Shown here: piece by piece, positions 15,003 to 28,859 of the stretch | Position numbering within the stretch: the first letter of the stretch is position 1 | Layout: each line of letters opens with the position of its first letter | Origin: Balanoglossus misakiensis | Lineage: Eukaryota > Animalia > Hemichordata | Assembly (NCBI GenBank): GCA_040954595.2 | Contig: CM082590.2 | Coordinates: 4,278,001-4,342,000, forward strand | Direction of reading: 5' to 3' | DNA length: 64,000 nucleotides | The notes under the pieces: generated by a model | The model's database searches: none | Seen by the model: the letters and a program-made list of their open reading frames with translations, nothing else | What the model was told of the DNA's origin: nothing | Position numbers and translations under genes: made by a program

Positions 15003-15373
15003 ATATAGCTGTATTTTATCTGCTTTGCTTTCAAAAAACTATGCATGCCACTGGCCCAATAAAGCATAATATCCCTTGCAGGGAATCGTGATGTAATTAG
15101 CATCCCTTTGAAGTCAATCACGGACTTTGTTTTTCCAATGATTGGTCAAAGGATACATATGTGTGATTAAGGATTGGTACCATTTTAAATTTAAATTAGC
15201 CTTGCCTTTACTATAACCTTACACACAATCGCCATTGTTCAGTTTATGTCAGTGACTTTAAGGGGGATGGTAGTTACATCACAATTCCCAGCAAGAGCTA
15301 TCAGGCTTTTTTGGGCCAGTGGCATGCATGACTCTTGATGTTAGTTTTGGAAGTGGAAAAAATATGGCTATAT
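15003..15373. mobile_element. MITE-like element with imperfect inverted ends
   Basis: tatatagctgtatttt...atgcatgccactggcccaataaagc (~15003-15065) is inverted at gcttttttgggccagtggcatgcat...aaaatatggctatata (~15305-15373). Confidence 0.6.
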
Positions 15374-16116
15374 ACTGTAAAACATGAAATTTTCGCAACG
15401 GGAAATTTTCATAATATCAAATGTGGCAACTGTTATGCAACGATTAATTTTCGCATTCTCGAATTTCAATTCATCATTATTTCTGAAAAACATGTTTACG
15501 CGACTTTTTAGTTTCGTGTTTTTTTAGCACTTGCATGATTCGGGCGAATTTATCTCTCATGAAAATTTCCCATTTTACATACATCCTAAGTATCATTTTT
15601 TCACACCAGAAGACAATGCACAGTTGCTTTGTGTATGGCATACTTTGTATTACAATAGACACTGACAACTAGTTACATCCTCCCAGCATACAAATATGGT
15701 TATATTGAAATAAGGCATTATGATGGAAACAATGTAAAGCTAATGCAAGAATTAGTACAGACCGAGTATATTATGTTACTACACTGGAATAACAATTTCG
15801 TGTTATTTGATCTGTTTAAATTTTTTTTTTTAAATCAAGGAACACTGAAGAATGAGTGGAGGTGATAGCTTTGGAATGGATATGTCTGTATACAGTAAAT
15901 GAGAGTGATAAATATTCCAAATCCCCAATACTTGACTGTCTGGAGAAAACTTGAGAATTTTCTGACATTTCTTTGGGCATCTGGGTTTCATTTAGTATAT
16001 AGAAGTTACAACGGTAATGAAGGCATGAACAGTCTCCTGTTCATTATAGTCAGTTTCCTGTAAGAATTTATTGATTCGGAATATCAAAAAGACTCATGTC
16101 AACAGCCAGCAGATTA

Positions 16117-16316
16117 CTACATGATTGTTGCAGTGTTTGTTGCATGCTGGGTGCCAAGTCCATCTGAGGTACCTGTGGTCGCGGCCGTGGCTGTTGTCCT
16201 AGTTACAGCTGTTGTTGTTGTTGTTGTGATAACTGTTGCTGTTGTTGTTGTTGTTGCCATGTTTGTTGTTGTGGTGGTGGAATGGTTGCTTTTGTTCCGC
16301 TGGCTTGTTGCTGCTG
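16117..16316 (-). pseudogene. Q/P-rich exon with in-frame TAA
   Basis: Acceptor gtatttaactgcag, phase 0: QQQQASGTKATIPPPQQQTWQQQQQQQLSQQQQQL*LGQQPRPRPQVPQMDLAPSMQQTLQQS. TAA at 16203-16205. Downstream (low-coordinate) boundary uncertain. Confidence 0.65.
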
Positions 16317-17881
16317 CTGCAGTTAAATACAAACAAAACAGTTTTCTTTTAAAGTCACTTCACAGCAAATGGCAATGTATCAGGAGACACTTCTTTTTAA
16401 TTTTCTTTACATTTGTCAATCAGACTGAAATTTAGGGCGGCATATAGTTAGTTACTGTACAATGGGAAATTGATTTAGGCTGTGTCTAAAATTGATGGTT
16501 AGTTTCAAGACCCCTGTTGACCTAATTAATTATGTACACTCCTAATTCTAGGCTAACCAATAGATCTAGAAGTTTAGATTTTGTAGGACATAGATCAGTT
16601 TAGGATCAAAACTTTTTGACAAAATTTTGGGTATCCACAGCAGATAATCCTTAGCATTCTGTAGGAACCCTGGGAATTGCTTGGGCCCAGTGAACACTGC
16701 TTGCAGCTTTAATTCACCATGTTCTCAGATGCAGACATTTTGAAGAGAATATGATTTAAATTCTAAGCAGACTTTTGTTAAAGTGTAATGTTCATCTAAC
16801 ACACATTTGCCAAAGCAGAGACTCTAGTTACAAAATTGTTATCTATGCCACAAGTGCTGTCTTAACAACAGACAAGGTGGCGGCAACCATAGTCTGTGTC
16901 ATAGATTAGGAAAAGACAGCAAATTGAGTGAAAAGAAGAGACAAAACTAAATTCTTCTTATCTGGCATGCAAGAAATATAGAAGGAAGCGAAGGCAGTCC
17001 ACTATATGAATGCACGCACATAAAATTGTGCAGAATATTTGGATTGGACGTTATTTTGTACACACAAAATTAACGCATATGTGCATAAGAGTAAGATGAT
17101 TGTCGTCATTTAAAACTGTCTGTCAGAGGTTATCATCAGTGCTTCCACACTGGTACCATGGAAAAACTAGAGGAATTGAAAATAAGAATGAGACAAGATT
17201 TGTTGTATTTCTTTGTCGGTAATTTAGGTCTGCTTTCCTTCCAGCTTTTCCCCCCACACTAAAACTGAACAGGTTGGACCAGTCACACCTCCCTTAATCC
17301 TATTGGTCCCAATGTTTATTTCATCAATATATCTATGGCATGCTGACTTGGACAATAATTCTGACACAAAATTGATCATGAGTGTGAACTGATTGCATAA
17401 ACATTTTTCGAAAGTACTTCCTGTAAAAAGGGAGGAGGCTCCACACACCAGACTATTTTTGTTTATGTACATGACTTACACATGCGGGGGTTGTCAACTT
17501 GATGAAATAGCCATTCTCTAGATTTCCTATTGTTATAAGAGTGTACATAAACATGAAAAGTAAAATCATGAATATTAATAGATGTGGTGCGTATGGCCGA
17601 TTTGAGGCAAATCAGCCATACCCACCACGTCTAAATCTGTGTGGGGAAAAGTTGTCATGTTGGGCAAATAGTTCATTGAATTTATTCTGTGTGACTGTCA
17701 GGTCTTCAATACATTAAAATCATTTTGGGAATGGCACAGACCATGTTATTTGTACCATCAAGAAAGCTCCTTTTTGAGAAAACTGATTTCATTTTTCCCC
17801 ACATAACAATTCCCAGAAGTGCCACTGGTACCAGTCTTGGTTTTCAAAATATTCACTGTACACATTATTATGACAACTTAC

Positions 17882-18133
17882 TTGTAAGAGGTGTTTTAGT
17901 TGTTGATTTGTTGATTGTATATTGGATGGCTGTGCTTGCACTGCTTGTTGTTGTTGTTGTTGTTGTTGTTGGGCTCTCTCTTGTTGTAACCTTTGTAATT
18001 GCTGTTGTTGTTGATGTTGTTGTCTTAGAGCTATGAGTTGACTTTGTCTGGCATGTTGATCTTGCTGTTGTTTCAATTCAAGTTCTTTTTTCTGTGCCAT
18101 CTCTAGATTCTTCTGCAGTGCTTGAATATTCCT
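17882..18133 (-). CDS. Q-rich coiled-coil exon (84 codons, phase 0-0) of an unidentified gene
   Basis: tgtttgatctttcag|AGG...CAA|gtaagt; encodes RNIQALQKNLEMAQKKELELKQQQDQHARQSQLIALRQQHQQQQQLQRLQQERAQQQ...QLKHLLQ. Confidence 0.8.
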
Positions 18134-19248
18134 CTGAAAGATCAAACAAAGAAAAGTGTAAACATTCAAACATTGTCATCTGTGTCAATCTACCTACATG
18201 TAACATGACTACAGGAGCTTCAGCCAAGCCAAGCTTTTCACTTGGGAGATTATTGAAATCAATTTAAAACTCAGCAACTCCAACTTCGGGTTATTTTCTC
18301 AATACTTTTGTTTTGGCGGTCACCTTTCATTGAACAATGAATGGGCAAGTGCTCGCTCACTTCTTCACTGAATTTCACTGTTTGTTTATCTTATCATAAA
18401 AAAACTTGGGCATCGCAGTCCTTTGGACAAAAATATTCATGTGTGGTGATTTAAAATCAATGTTGCAAGAAGAAGAATTAATCACAGGATTAACGGTTTC
18501 TGATTGAAAAATACTAAATGCTTAATATGCCATATGCCGTACACAGAGTGATCACATTAGTCAATAGGACAGCTGTTCCAAAGGACTAAAATGATGGCAA
18601 CGTTTTAATATTATATTTATTTTACAAAACCTTGCATCTGAGCTTTACTTTAAAGTACTTCCATTTACTAGTAGTACAAGTGCACATCAGTTAACATTGA
18701 CAGCTAGGCATGACGTCATAGATGTAGGACTTCAAAATGGACATTCTGAACAGTGGGGGCGCTCTATCATGGTGGATTTTAATGAACATGTGTATTTAAT
18801 TTCATCACTCACATTTGTCCATGGAAACTGTATTTTAACATACGCTTATAGTTAAGGCATTTGCAGTATCTAGTCATATTACAGTAATACACCAGACATG
18901 TTCTTTAACTCAACTAAATGTGTGTAAGTTCAATTTCTGACCTCACTCAGATTACCCAAGTCCATGTGACAAACTCTACTGCAAGTATACAGACTTGAAC
19001 TCCGGAAAAACTAGTCACCTACAATACTTGAAATGGAGCCACATCCAAAACTTGACTTTGAGATCTTTTATCAAATCAGTTTTCCTTTTAGAATTAGAAC
19101 TCCCATGCAATTTTTGTGACAGAGGAAATAAATAGATTCTCAGAAAAAAACAGTTTCCTCTTTAAAGATCCAACCTTACCATAGAAAATAAAAGGTTTAG
19201 ACTGAACCATAGTGGTGAAAGGGTTAAGCCAGAGCATGTATCAAAATA

Positions 19249-19418
19249 CAGTAAAACCTGTCTCAACCGAACCCTGTCTAATCTGGAAACCTGTCTATTT
19301 CAAAGACATTGTTCAAACCTTTTGACATAGAACCACATGTTGAAAGAACCTCTTTAAATTGTACACCTGCAATCTGAACAATTTCTTCAGTCCCTTTGGT
19401 GTTAGACAGGTTTGACTG
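19249..19418. mobile_element. Tc1/pogo (Tigger)-like MITE
   Basis: ta|cagtaaaacctgtct ... agacaggtttgactg|ta, with TA flanks. Confidence 0.75.
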
Positions 19419-19876
19419 TACTTGAAAGTGCAATTGAACAAAAATGCTAAAAAATATAATTGCAGAGAGTCAGTATTTTAGGCTGGGCATCATCTACATA
19501 GTTCCCAGAATCAATACTGTCACAGTAGTCCATTTCTCTATGTACCAAATTTTTATAAAACATTGCTATGCAGTCATGTTACCCTTCCAAGATGCAAACA
19601 TGAGGCCAGTTGGTCACAAAGTAAAAACTTGATTGTCTTGTGTATCAACACTATAGTTGGGACTTATGTTCGACAGCCACATTTTATTGTAAGGTCAGTT
19701 TTACACGCAACTTGTATCATGTATACAACAAACTAGATGAGCTCGAGCAGTACTCTACTGACCGCCTTTTTCACATTGTCTGCATTGAGATGACACTTTT
19801 TTTTGGAAGGCTGCCCTCTTTATGAAAAATGTCATGATTGTTTTACACGTAAAAAAGACAGAAATCAACACAACAG

Positions 19877-20061
19877 CAGTCAAACCTGCTCATTATGGCT
19901 AGTGAAGGGACTTTTCTAAACTGGCCTTTATAGATAAGTGGCCATTATACCTTGTAGAAAGTCAATTAATGTAGATGTAAATTGCACAGGGACTAGAATA
20001 AAGTGGCCACTATATAGAGGTGGCTGCCTAATAGAGGTGGCCACTCAAACAGGTTTGACTG
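19877..20061. mobile_element. Tc1/pogo-like MITE
   Basis: cagtcaaacctg ... caggtttgactg|ta, with internal gtggcc repeats. Confidence 0.7.
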
Positions 20062-20202
20062 TATGTTGATTTGTGTCATGAATAGCCGACATTTACCAAT
20101 GACTGATTGTACAATATATGATTTCAGTGTCACATATACATGTATAAGACACTAAGTACAAACCCATACATCTTACTTTCTCTCCAAATTGTAGATACTC
20201 AC

Positions 20203-20312
20203 CAACGCATGTATGTTGAATCCTGGTCTGCAACCACACTGGTAACTGGTTGGTGTGTTGTAACATACTCGTTGGCATGGTGACCAACCAGCTTGATCGC
20301 ACTCATTGTCAT
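20203..20312 (-). CDS. cbEGF exon (phase 1-0), last Cys not included
   Basis: ttttccctgcag|AT GAC AAT GAG TGC...GCG TTG|gtgagt; encodes (D)DNECDQAGWSPCQRVCYNTPTSYQCGCRPGFNIHAL. This is a different frame from the listed ORFs. Confidence 0.85.
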
Positions 20313-22162
20313 CTGCAGGGAAAACACAAATATCATAAAATGTATTAGAATGAATACATGTGAATTACAGTTGTCTTTGAGTGCACATTTGAAAATATAC
20401 GACAAGAGAGCAAAATTGTGTGAAACTTAATAAATATCATCTGGCATACAACTTGGTCATATCATATGTTTATCTGTACCAGTACTGAATACTGATAAAC
20501 AAACAATGTAGTAACCAAATAACATTTAACAAGGTAGTGTTTGAAAGCCAAAAATATCATGCATAAGACAACAAACTCATTGTTTTGGCTCCGAAGTGTA
20601 AACAGAGGAGTCTGTCAAGTTGGGTATGAGCTACTACTTCCGTCTGTCAAACTACTTCCGTCCGTCAAGAATTCATACCATTTTCTAGTAGGGGTGTGTA
20701 GCTTTATGTTTTTGGCGGTGGTGTGTAGCTTTGAGGTGTTGAGGAAGAATTGGAACAGTGACAGAAATCGGAACGGATTAGCCAGCAGTGTTTTCACTAC
20801 CCGCGAGAAAACAGTTGTGTTTGGCGAGACGATTTTCATACAAATTGGTCAAACTTGTGAAGAACTGCTATCTAACATCGTCATTTGTTTTGCCATGATC
20901 AACTTGCCACGATCAGTGCACTACAATGCGTGAAATTGGACCGCTGTTCTGTTCATTGATCATCACCCCCCCTGTATCATGAACATTGTAAGGCAATACA
21001 TTGAATTCAGCTCTTCCAGCTAGTGGCCGCACTCGCTTGATTTCCTGTGTGTGTCTCTGGGGACACAAATAATGCATATGCGTCTTTTTCTAATTTGCAT
21101 ATTTTGAATTGGTTAGGTGTGCCTTGACTTGAACGCGTCAAGCGTACAGGTTGTTATGGAAGTTTCTTTTTAGAACGACTAGTGTTAGTCTGTGGGCCCA
21201 ACCAGCAAAAATAAGTTCTAGAAATGTCATTATGTTGTATAAGAGTTTTGTTCTACATGAAATTAGCTGGAAATGACGGGTGGGAAACTATTGATGTGAA
21301 ATCAGGTCACTTCTACCGAAAATGATGGACCAGAGAGCAATGACTTTTTAAAATTATTTCATATACTATGTTCACAACTGCTATGCTCCCATAAACTGGG
21401 GAAACTAAATGATTGAACTTTCTGTTTGAACAATTCATGTATTTTTTTGCTAACACCTACACTACTATAGTCAGCACATGACATTACCTATATACTTGAA
21501 AATGGAGAACTTTTTATCAAAACACTTAAGCTGATCTTGAATGCTGTCTGATATTTTTTTTCAAAATATATTTCTTTCACGTTTAGACTAGTGCTTCTAC
21601 TTGCACTGTTTTTTTTTCAAAACACATTTCTCATAGCTTGCACTGGTGCAATTTGATACGACAATACACAATGAATTCCATCAGTATAACATAAGATACA
21701 AAATCTGAGAGGGAAATGACAGAATATATTTGTGTGAGGCCATTTGTGTGTGCGGGCCATTTTAAGACTAAATTTAAAACAGTTATTAGAGCCATTGACA
21801 AGTGGTTTTTCCCTCTGCCAAGCACCCACCTTATCAAGCTTCATTCAATATTACATGAGCAAAACAGTTCAGCATTTCACCTTGGTGTTTGCAAATTGTT
21901 CCTTTCACCCATATACCAAACCACTGTTCTCCAAACATGCTGCTCATCAGCCACTACACACTGAGAGAGCACCAGGTGTCCTTGACGCTATTTTTTTAAA
22001 TTTCTAACTATGGAAAGTGCCTGATAACTTTTAATTATTTTCTGTTTTAACATGGTGACTGACTGTAAAGTCTGTCACTTACAACTTCTGTAAGCGCCCT
22101 TTTGAAGCAGGAAATGCAAATCCATTGTTGACCTATCCCCTCCCCACTCAAAAAAAACTTAC

Positions 22163-22282
22163 CTAAACAATTGACATGCTCTGCACTCAGAGAGAAACCA
22201 TCATCACCACAACTACAGCTGAATCCACCCTCTGCATTGAGAAAACCTCCAGCACAAACAGAATCTGAACACTCATTCACAT
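22163..22282 (-). CDS. cbEGF exon (phase 1-1), third Cys replaced by Phe
   Basis: ctctctattttcag|AT GTG AAT GAG TGT...TGT TTA G|gtaagt; encodes (D)VNECSDSVCAGGFLNAEGGFSCSCGDDGFSLSAEHVNCL. Confidence 0.85.
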
Positions 22283-22599
22283 CTGAAAATAGAGAGAAAA
22301 AAACATCCGTTGTAATTATTCAAGTCAATACCAATCCTCCCTTCCTTTAAAAATTTCCATAAAGTGAACAAATTCACATGGCTTTGAAATTAGTATTAAC
22401 AGTGATATTTATAATATTTCTAACAGGCCTGACTTTTCTAAACTTTGAGTTTCTTTGTGGATTTGTAGAAATGATCTACAAACTGAGCTGTCAGGTCATA
22501 ACTGTTTGTGCTTTGGCATGTACACATATCCCAGTATGCCCTACATGGTTGGCAGTGAAATTGATAAAATCTTCACCTAAGATTTCAAACTCGTAGATC

Positions 22600-23006
22600 T
22601 TAATAGATTCTCACACTCCTGGCATGCTGAGAGTGTGGGATCAGAGTGTGAGAACAAATCAATCCCACACACTCACTGAATCGAAAGCTGTATATGACGC
22701 GAGCGCCGATTGGATGACAAAGCGTTTTTTAATAACGTGCGCTAAATGTTATCCAATGACACGATAAAGAAACTACATGCCAGATGACAATTCAAGAGTC
22801 ATTTATTCAATGTTTTAAGACGAATTTAGCTAATTTGTGCCCGTGTGAGAAATATAATCTCATACACAAAGGACCTATGATCATATTTCCCACACTCGTC
22901 AGGGATATTTTGTCCCACACTCGCCTGCGGCTTGTGTGGGACATAAAATCCCCAACTCATGTCAGAATTATGACCCCTAGTCCTTGGGAGTGTGAGATTC
23001 TATTAA
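22600..23006. mobile_element. Non-autonomous element with ~20-bp TIRs and an internal hairpin
   Basis: ttaatagattctcacactcc ... ggagtgtgagattctattaa; internal stem tgtcccacac-tcgcctgcggctt-gtgtgggaca at ~22911-22943. Confidence 0.75.
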
Positions 23007-23974
23007 TCTCACAACCTTAGGACCTGGGATAAGATTTCTCAGATGAGTTGGTGATATTTTGGCTTGTGTTAGTCAACATATACCTGATAAGTGTAAAAAA
23101 TTGTGTCAAGGACACAGTGGTCCCATTCAGTCTACACGGAGTACATATACACAGTCAGATCGCACGGTGCTCATTTGCATATGAAGGTTCATCAAGCGAG
23201 CGACCGTTAACTTTCAAACAGACGGCAATAGGCCAGTTTTCAAGGTGATTTTCAACTTGATTTTTACGCTCTGTTGTGCAATAAAATACCATGTTAGCTG
23301 GATAAATTACGAAAGTGATTCCCATTTTTCACTGCATACGTAAATTTTATGAAAATCTGTGGTAATAGTAAAAGTTTTTAACGTGTTTTCGGTGGTATGT
23401 TGGTGACCCCGAAAGAGACGTCCACAAACGTGTCAAAAATCATTTGAAAACGACCTCAGAAAGTAACCAAACTTTCCTGATAGAGAGGTCTAATATCGGT
23501 CCCAACATCCGTGAAAAGAAATTAATTTGAAATGCTTGCGTAACAGGAAGTGTTGCATTGATCGTGAAACGATAAGTTTACCATGGGGAAACAGTCTTTG
23601 AAAGGCAATTCTTAAGTAAAACAGTTACTGGATAATGGATAACACCCTAAGGTAACATATTAGCCAAGTTTTAACTTAATTACTGGCCTGATTTCGACAC
23701 AACATCGATCAATCGCCTACAAATGTAGGTCCCATATGGACAGAATGCCAGGTTTACCATACATGACTACGTACGTGTGAGGAGCTCAGCTGGTGTATTT
23801 TTTTTTTCTCCGTATCATGGCCTGGGATATAAGTAGATGTTTCGAATATGCAAAATGCCAACTGTAACTTCGAAACCATTTCCCTTTATTCGCTGATGAT
23901 ATGTGCAATAAATATTTGTGTCTGAAGGCAAGCAATTTTGTTTTGACTTTTGTTGTCATCATTGCATTGGGCTG

Positions 23975-24665
23975 AACATGACAGAGTTTGAGCTGATCAG
24001 CTGACTTCAAGTTTCGATTTGGAACATATAATTTGATCATATCAGACAGATATGATGGTCCAAGTCTATGAATGAATTCAAAAATAAGAAATAACATCTT
24101 GAAAACAATACGATCAGACACAGGTAACCAATGCAACTGAAATTGCATTGATGTAAAAGGTGATTTTGGAACTAGCAGCAATATTTTGAACTTGAATACG
24201 ACTGATCTCGTACTTAGGGAGCCCAAATAAAAGTGAATTACACAAATCTATTCGAAATGCAACAAAAGCAGGAACTTTATTGCTCTGTGGCGGCTTGAGA
24301 TAAATATTTACAGACAAGTGCAATATGCTGCAAATGAAAAGCGACTGAATGGCAGATCTGTGCAATCATTGTCAGACAATGAACAGGTTTCAGAGCATCA
24401 CATGAATTTCTGTAATCCCTCTGGCAGATAGATTACCCGAAGTAGCAGAAAAAATAACAAATTCAGTCTTATCGTTATTTAAACACAAGACATTTTCAGA
24501 CATCCAGTACCGCATAAAGCATTCTGGGAGCATTCTCGTTGGTAAAAGACAATGAAGAGCCATCTGCATAAAAGCTATATACAGGCATCCATGACTAGAA
24601 ACTAATTTCCCTAATGGAGAAGTGTACATATTAAAAAGTAGAGGACAAAGAAGTGATCGTTGTGT
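23975..24665 (-). mobile_element. Degenerate non-LTR retrotransposon (L2/CR1/Crack group) RT C-terminal fragment
   Basis: Frameshifted segments YTSPLGKLVSSHG, WMSENVLCLNNDKTEFVIF, RIDLCNSLLFGLPK and LHWLPVSDRIVFKML...GPSYLSDMIKLYVPNRNLKSA are typical of this group. Confidence 0.85.
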
Positions 24666-27066
24666 TACCGCAGTGTCAAGCGGATAAAATGGTGATTGTT
24701 TGGAATACGGTTATAGTAACCATGTCTGAAATTAACACATACACACTGGGTGCGATTGAAAAGGTATGACTGAAACCACAACAGGGCTGCAACCCCCAAA
24801 AGACCAAATCAATTTCTTTGATGATTCATTAAATGTCATCACAGTCACCATCATTGGAATCACAATCACCATTCTTTGAATTATCAGTTTGTTTTTCTTC
24901 CGTCCAGTTATATTCATCAGTCAGTTCGTCAAAGTCAGAATCAGTCTCGTAAATATTTCCCTCTTCTTCTTTTAAAATGTCAAATTCATGTGACTCCTGT
25001 AAAATTGCATCAATGCTATTTTCCATATTATGATGTTCAGTATCAGTGATTGGTGATGGTGATTCTAATAGTGGTGACTTATCTGTATATTTTGGGCATA
25101 CCCCATACTTTTTCGATGTGGTACAGAATCCAGGATTCCCATTATGTGGATTACTGCAGTCATTACATCGACACGCAGGGCCACAACCATTGTGGGTCTT
25201 ATAACATTTACAACATCTGCTATTACAAGTTGGCATCTTTTTGCAGCCACACCCTTTTGTTAGCAACTCCAAATTAGTTTTCACTTTTTCTAAATTGGCA
25301 TCACTGTCCTAAATAATATCAAGTTCGCCGTTGCTTAGTCTGTATCCATAATTATTGAATAAGGGAAACGTAACATGGCACTGATCGGCCTGGGACCATA
25401 ACTGAGAGACCCAGCATGATCTTTTCCAGTGCAGTTGTAGGGCTTCAAAGGAAGGGATACATTCTTCCTCATACTGGATACGTGGGCAAATTGTTTCTCG
25501 TATATATGTAAGCCATTTGATGTGGTTATCTTTAAGACTGTTAGTGACACTGGCTACTTGTCGATAAAGTTCAAACGGATGAGATGCATCAAATGCTTGG
25601 AAATGTTTCTTAACATAAACACTACCTTTTAAACGTATGAAAGCGAAAATTCCATTCCCTACACTGTCTACTGTTGTGTCTATCAGTGTTCCAGGTATAA
25701 GGGTGCCACTAGTTATAAATTCAGAGTATTGAAAAAATGTCTTGTAGAAAGATTTCCTTCCGATGCCTGCAAAGTATAGTCACAACCTGTGCATATGAAC
25801 AGTGTTTGAAATATTTTGCCTAAATATTGGAGGGGAATATGTTGCAAATCAGGGTCTAAATTTAAATCTGATTTGAATTGATTCATGTCTAAATAAGTGA
25901 GATTTGATAAATCATTATCAAGTTGTACAAATATCTCCTTTTGAACATGTTGATATAGTACTGGGAGGAGAACATGATAAGTATCGGTATCAGGGGAGTA
26001 AATAACACCTTTCTTGTAAGAGGACTGAACTGCATGAAGGATGCATCTACTGTCAGCTTCTTCATGACAACTTTTGGCTTCCCACTCAGACACAATTCCA
26101 TTACTACCAACGAAAAGACTCTTGTCCCTATTTTCTCCATCAAAGCCACCTGCTGTAATGAGGACCTGATCACCTTGCAGAGCCGGCACAATTACTTTTA
26201 AAGATGTGGCTGACAAGAAGTTCACTAGTTTTCTCTTGTTTGGCTTACAATTGATGTATGTTTTGAGCTAATATTATTGATTACCTATTTTTTATGCATT
26301 TTTTTGTATTTTTCCATGTTATTAGTAAAAAGTCTTCATTTCTGAAAGTGATGGGCTTACTTCTTTGAAATTTAGCATGAAGCTTCCTAATGGTTGTCTG
26401 AGTAACCATAGTTTTGTTCAAATTGTTGCAAAATTTGCATATTTATAATTTTGAGCAATATTTGCCATTTTTGGTCAATTTATTTTTCTTTAAAACCGCA
26501 TGCCAGATTGCTTTGCAATTTGGTAGGCATGTTCGTAGGTGTAAGTCAAGTAATATGTTGTAAAAAATGTGATATTTTCATAAATGTGTTATCGGGGAAA
26601 CTTTTGCAATTTTTGTCAAAAATTGTTTTCCTGAAACTGTTTGTCATATTGCATAGAACTTTGGCAGCATGTTCCTTGTAGTGATTGAGGTAAGGTATTG
26701 TACAATTTTGTGTTTTTGCCACTTTTGAACAAATATCTTTTGTGAAACTGCTTGTTGATTGCTTTGAAATTTGTTTTTTCTCTGATTGCTTTGAAATTTG
26801 GGATATAATTTCATAACACATACATGTATATGTGCAACTTTTATTCAATTCTGATATCAGAAATATTCAATATTTAGCGAGTTTTTATGAAAGTTTCTTT
26901 GTTTTTGGTTAGCAAATCTTCTCCTTAACCAATTATCCAGTTGTTTTGAAAGTTACTGTTTACAAGGAGTCGTTACCCCCAACTTAGACATGTTTACATA
27001 ACTTCAATAAGCCAGCTGTCAGAGAGACCATGGGCTATTAAATTTTTAATTACCAGTGGCAGGTCA

Positions 27067-27107
27067 GTGTGTGTGTGTGTGTGTGTGTCTGTCTGTCTGT
27101 CTGTCTG
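27067..27107. repeat. (TG)n(TCTG)n microsatellite
   Basis: Directly visible in the sequence. Confidence 0.9.
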
Positions 27108-28859
27108 TTCCAGGGCTGACTGAAAGAAGTTGCTTCTCATATGTGTTTGTACAGACAATTTTTGGTCAATTTTTGGGCATGTTCCTTGTTAATGTTTTTA
27201 CATTCCATATTTCTATATCGTAAGATCATATCTGCTTGCAATGTCACCTGTAATTTTTATTCTGGTGTGTCACTGTTTCTACATAATCCTCAAATGGGAC
27301 CACAGTGTCCTTGACGCTATTTTTCGCTGTGTCATCTGAAAATATATTAGTTAGCTCCCTGGCGGTATTAAGTGGTGAAAATACATCAGCACCTTCAAGA
27401 CAATTGATATACAACCTGCAGTTTGACTCATTTATTTTATGTACGCTAACTGAATTATGGGTTTCATTTTGGAAAGGAAATAACTGATCTTTTAGATTCT
27501 TGGCAGCCATAGCTCTATAGGGTAAATAAATTGCTATTCTCTCCATTAACCCACCTGTAGAAGTATGCAATGCAGCTTTAACATCTTTATTGACACACAT
27601 TTCATGGGCTTCATCTAGTGCTACATTAACCCAAGTTGAGCCTGACAAATTGCAAACAAAACCACCTGCTTTGAAATGTAACAACAGAGAGTTTGGCATC
27701 TTCAGAAGGTCAGCGAGATGTCTGGGAATTAACCTCAAGTACAGGGATCGGTCATATGCATGGAACAGTGGGTTCATTTGTTTCAAAGCCAATATTCGAA
27801 GGTTCCAATTTCCTGACCTTATTGCAATGTACAAAGACATGTATGCAAACAAATCTTCCTCTATAAATCTAACCCAAAATTTGAAAGTTTTGTCTGTATT
27901 TGCCCTTCTGCACAGTACGTGAAATATCCCATGATTCATTCTGATTTGTACAATCATTTACTCAGTCAAACCAGGCAAAGTTAACATGTGTAGAGAGAAT
28001 TGTACACCACTAATATAAATTTTGAGATCTTACTTTTAAGGTGAATCTTATTGTCAATTACCATTTCAAATGATTTAGAAAATTATGCATTATTGAGAGA
28101 GGAGATACGAATTTTATCAAATAATCAAGCAATTGCATAGCCAGCCATACAAAAAAGTTTGGAGTAAAACAGGGTCACTTGTAAAACCTGTTTAATCAAA
28201 CAAAAATATATTGATTTTTTCTATTGACAGAACAATGGAAATTTACATGTTAACTTTCAACAGAGACTGGCCACCTCAGTTAGTCATTGCTTGTTTCCCC
28301 TAAAGTGTGACATTTGCAGTACATTGATACTTTGATTTCTATGGCTTTTAAATTTTGATTTTGAAATTTACATTCTAATTCCTCAACGTACTTTTCCTAG
28401 ATAAAAATAAATAGATTTATATGTACTTCATATCATTGTTAGTATCTAAAACAGAAAAAGTTATTAAATGGGCAACCTTCGATGATACAAATAACGGAGA
28501 CTTGTGGGTAAAATATCGTACTATGTTCTGTCACAAAAAATCTGAAATTCCTCTTGCAAGCCAGTAAGTTGAGCCTTAAGGTCACCATTAATTTTGTCAA
28601 TATGATCAGCTTTATCTTCAGTACATTCCAAACATTTTGTGACAGCTTCTAGTAAACATTTTTGGACTGTTTCTGTATCTAAGGGACAGTGCTGGGTATT
28701 ATGGGTTTCACCCCTCTGATTCAAAAAGGAATTGACAAGACATCTAAACATACGTTCCCAAATTTGTGTTGGGAAGCGATGAGTTAGCTTGAAATTTGTA
28801 CACTGAACTAGGGTTTCCGAAGTTCCCCCTTTATGATTGAACCCTGCCAGATGTTTTAA

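Noticed and set aside
16117-18036. Poly-Val and poly-Thr ORFs (16121-16435 +, 16117-16332 -, 17725-18036 +)
   Set aside because: Antisense or shifted frames of CAA/CAG-rich poly-Gln exons; splice phases support the Gln frame.
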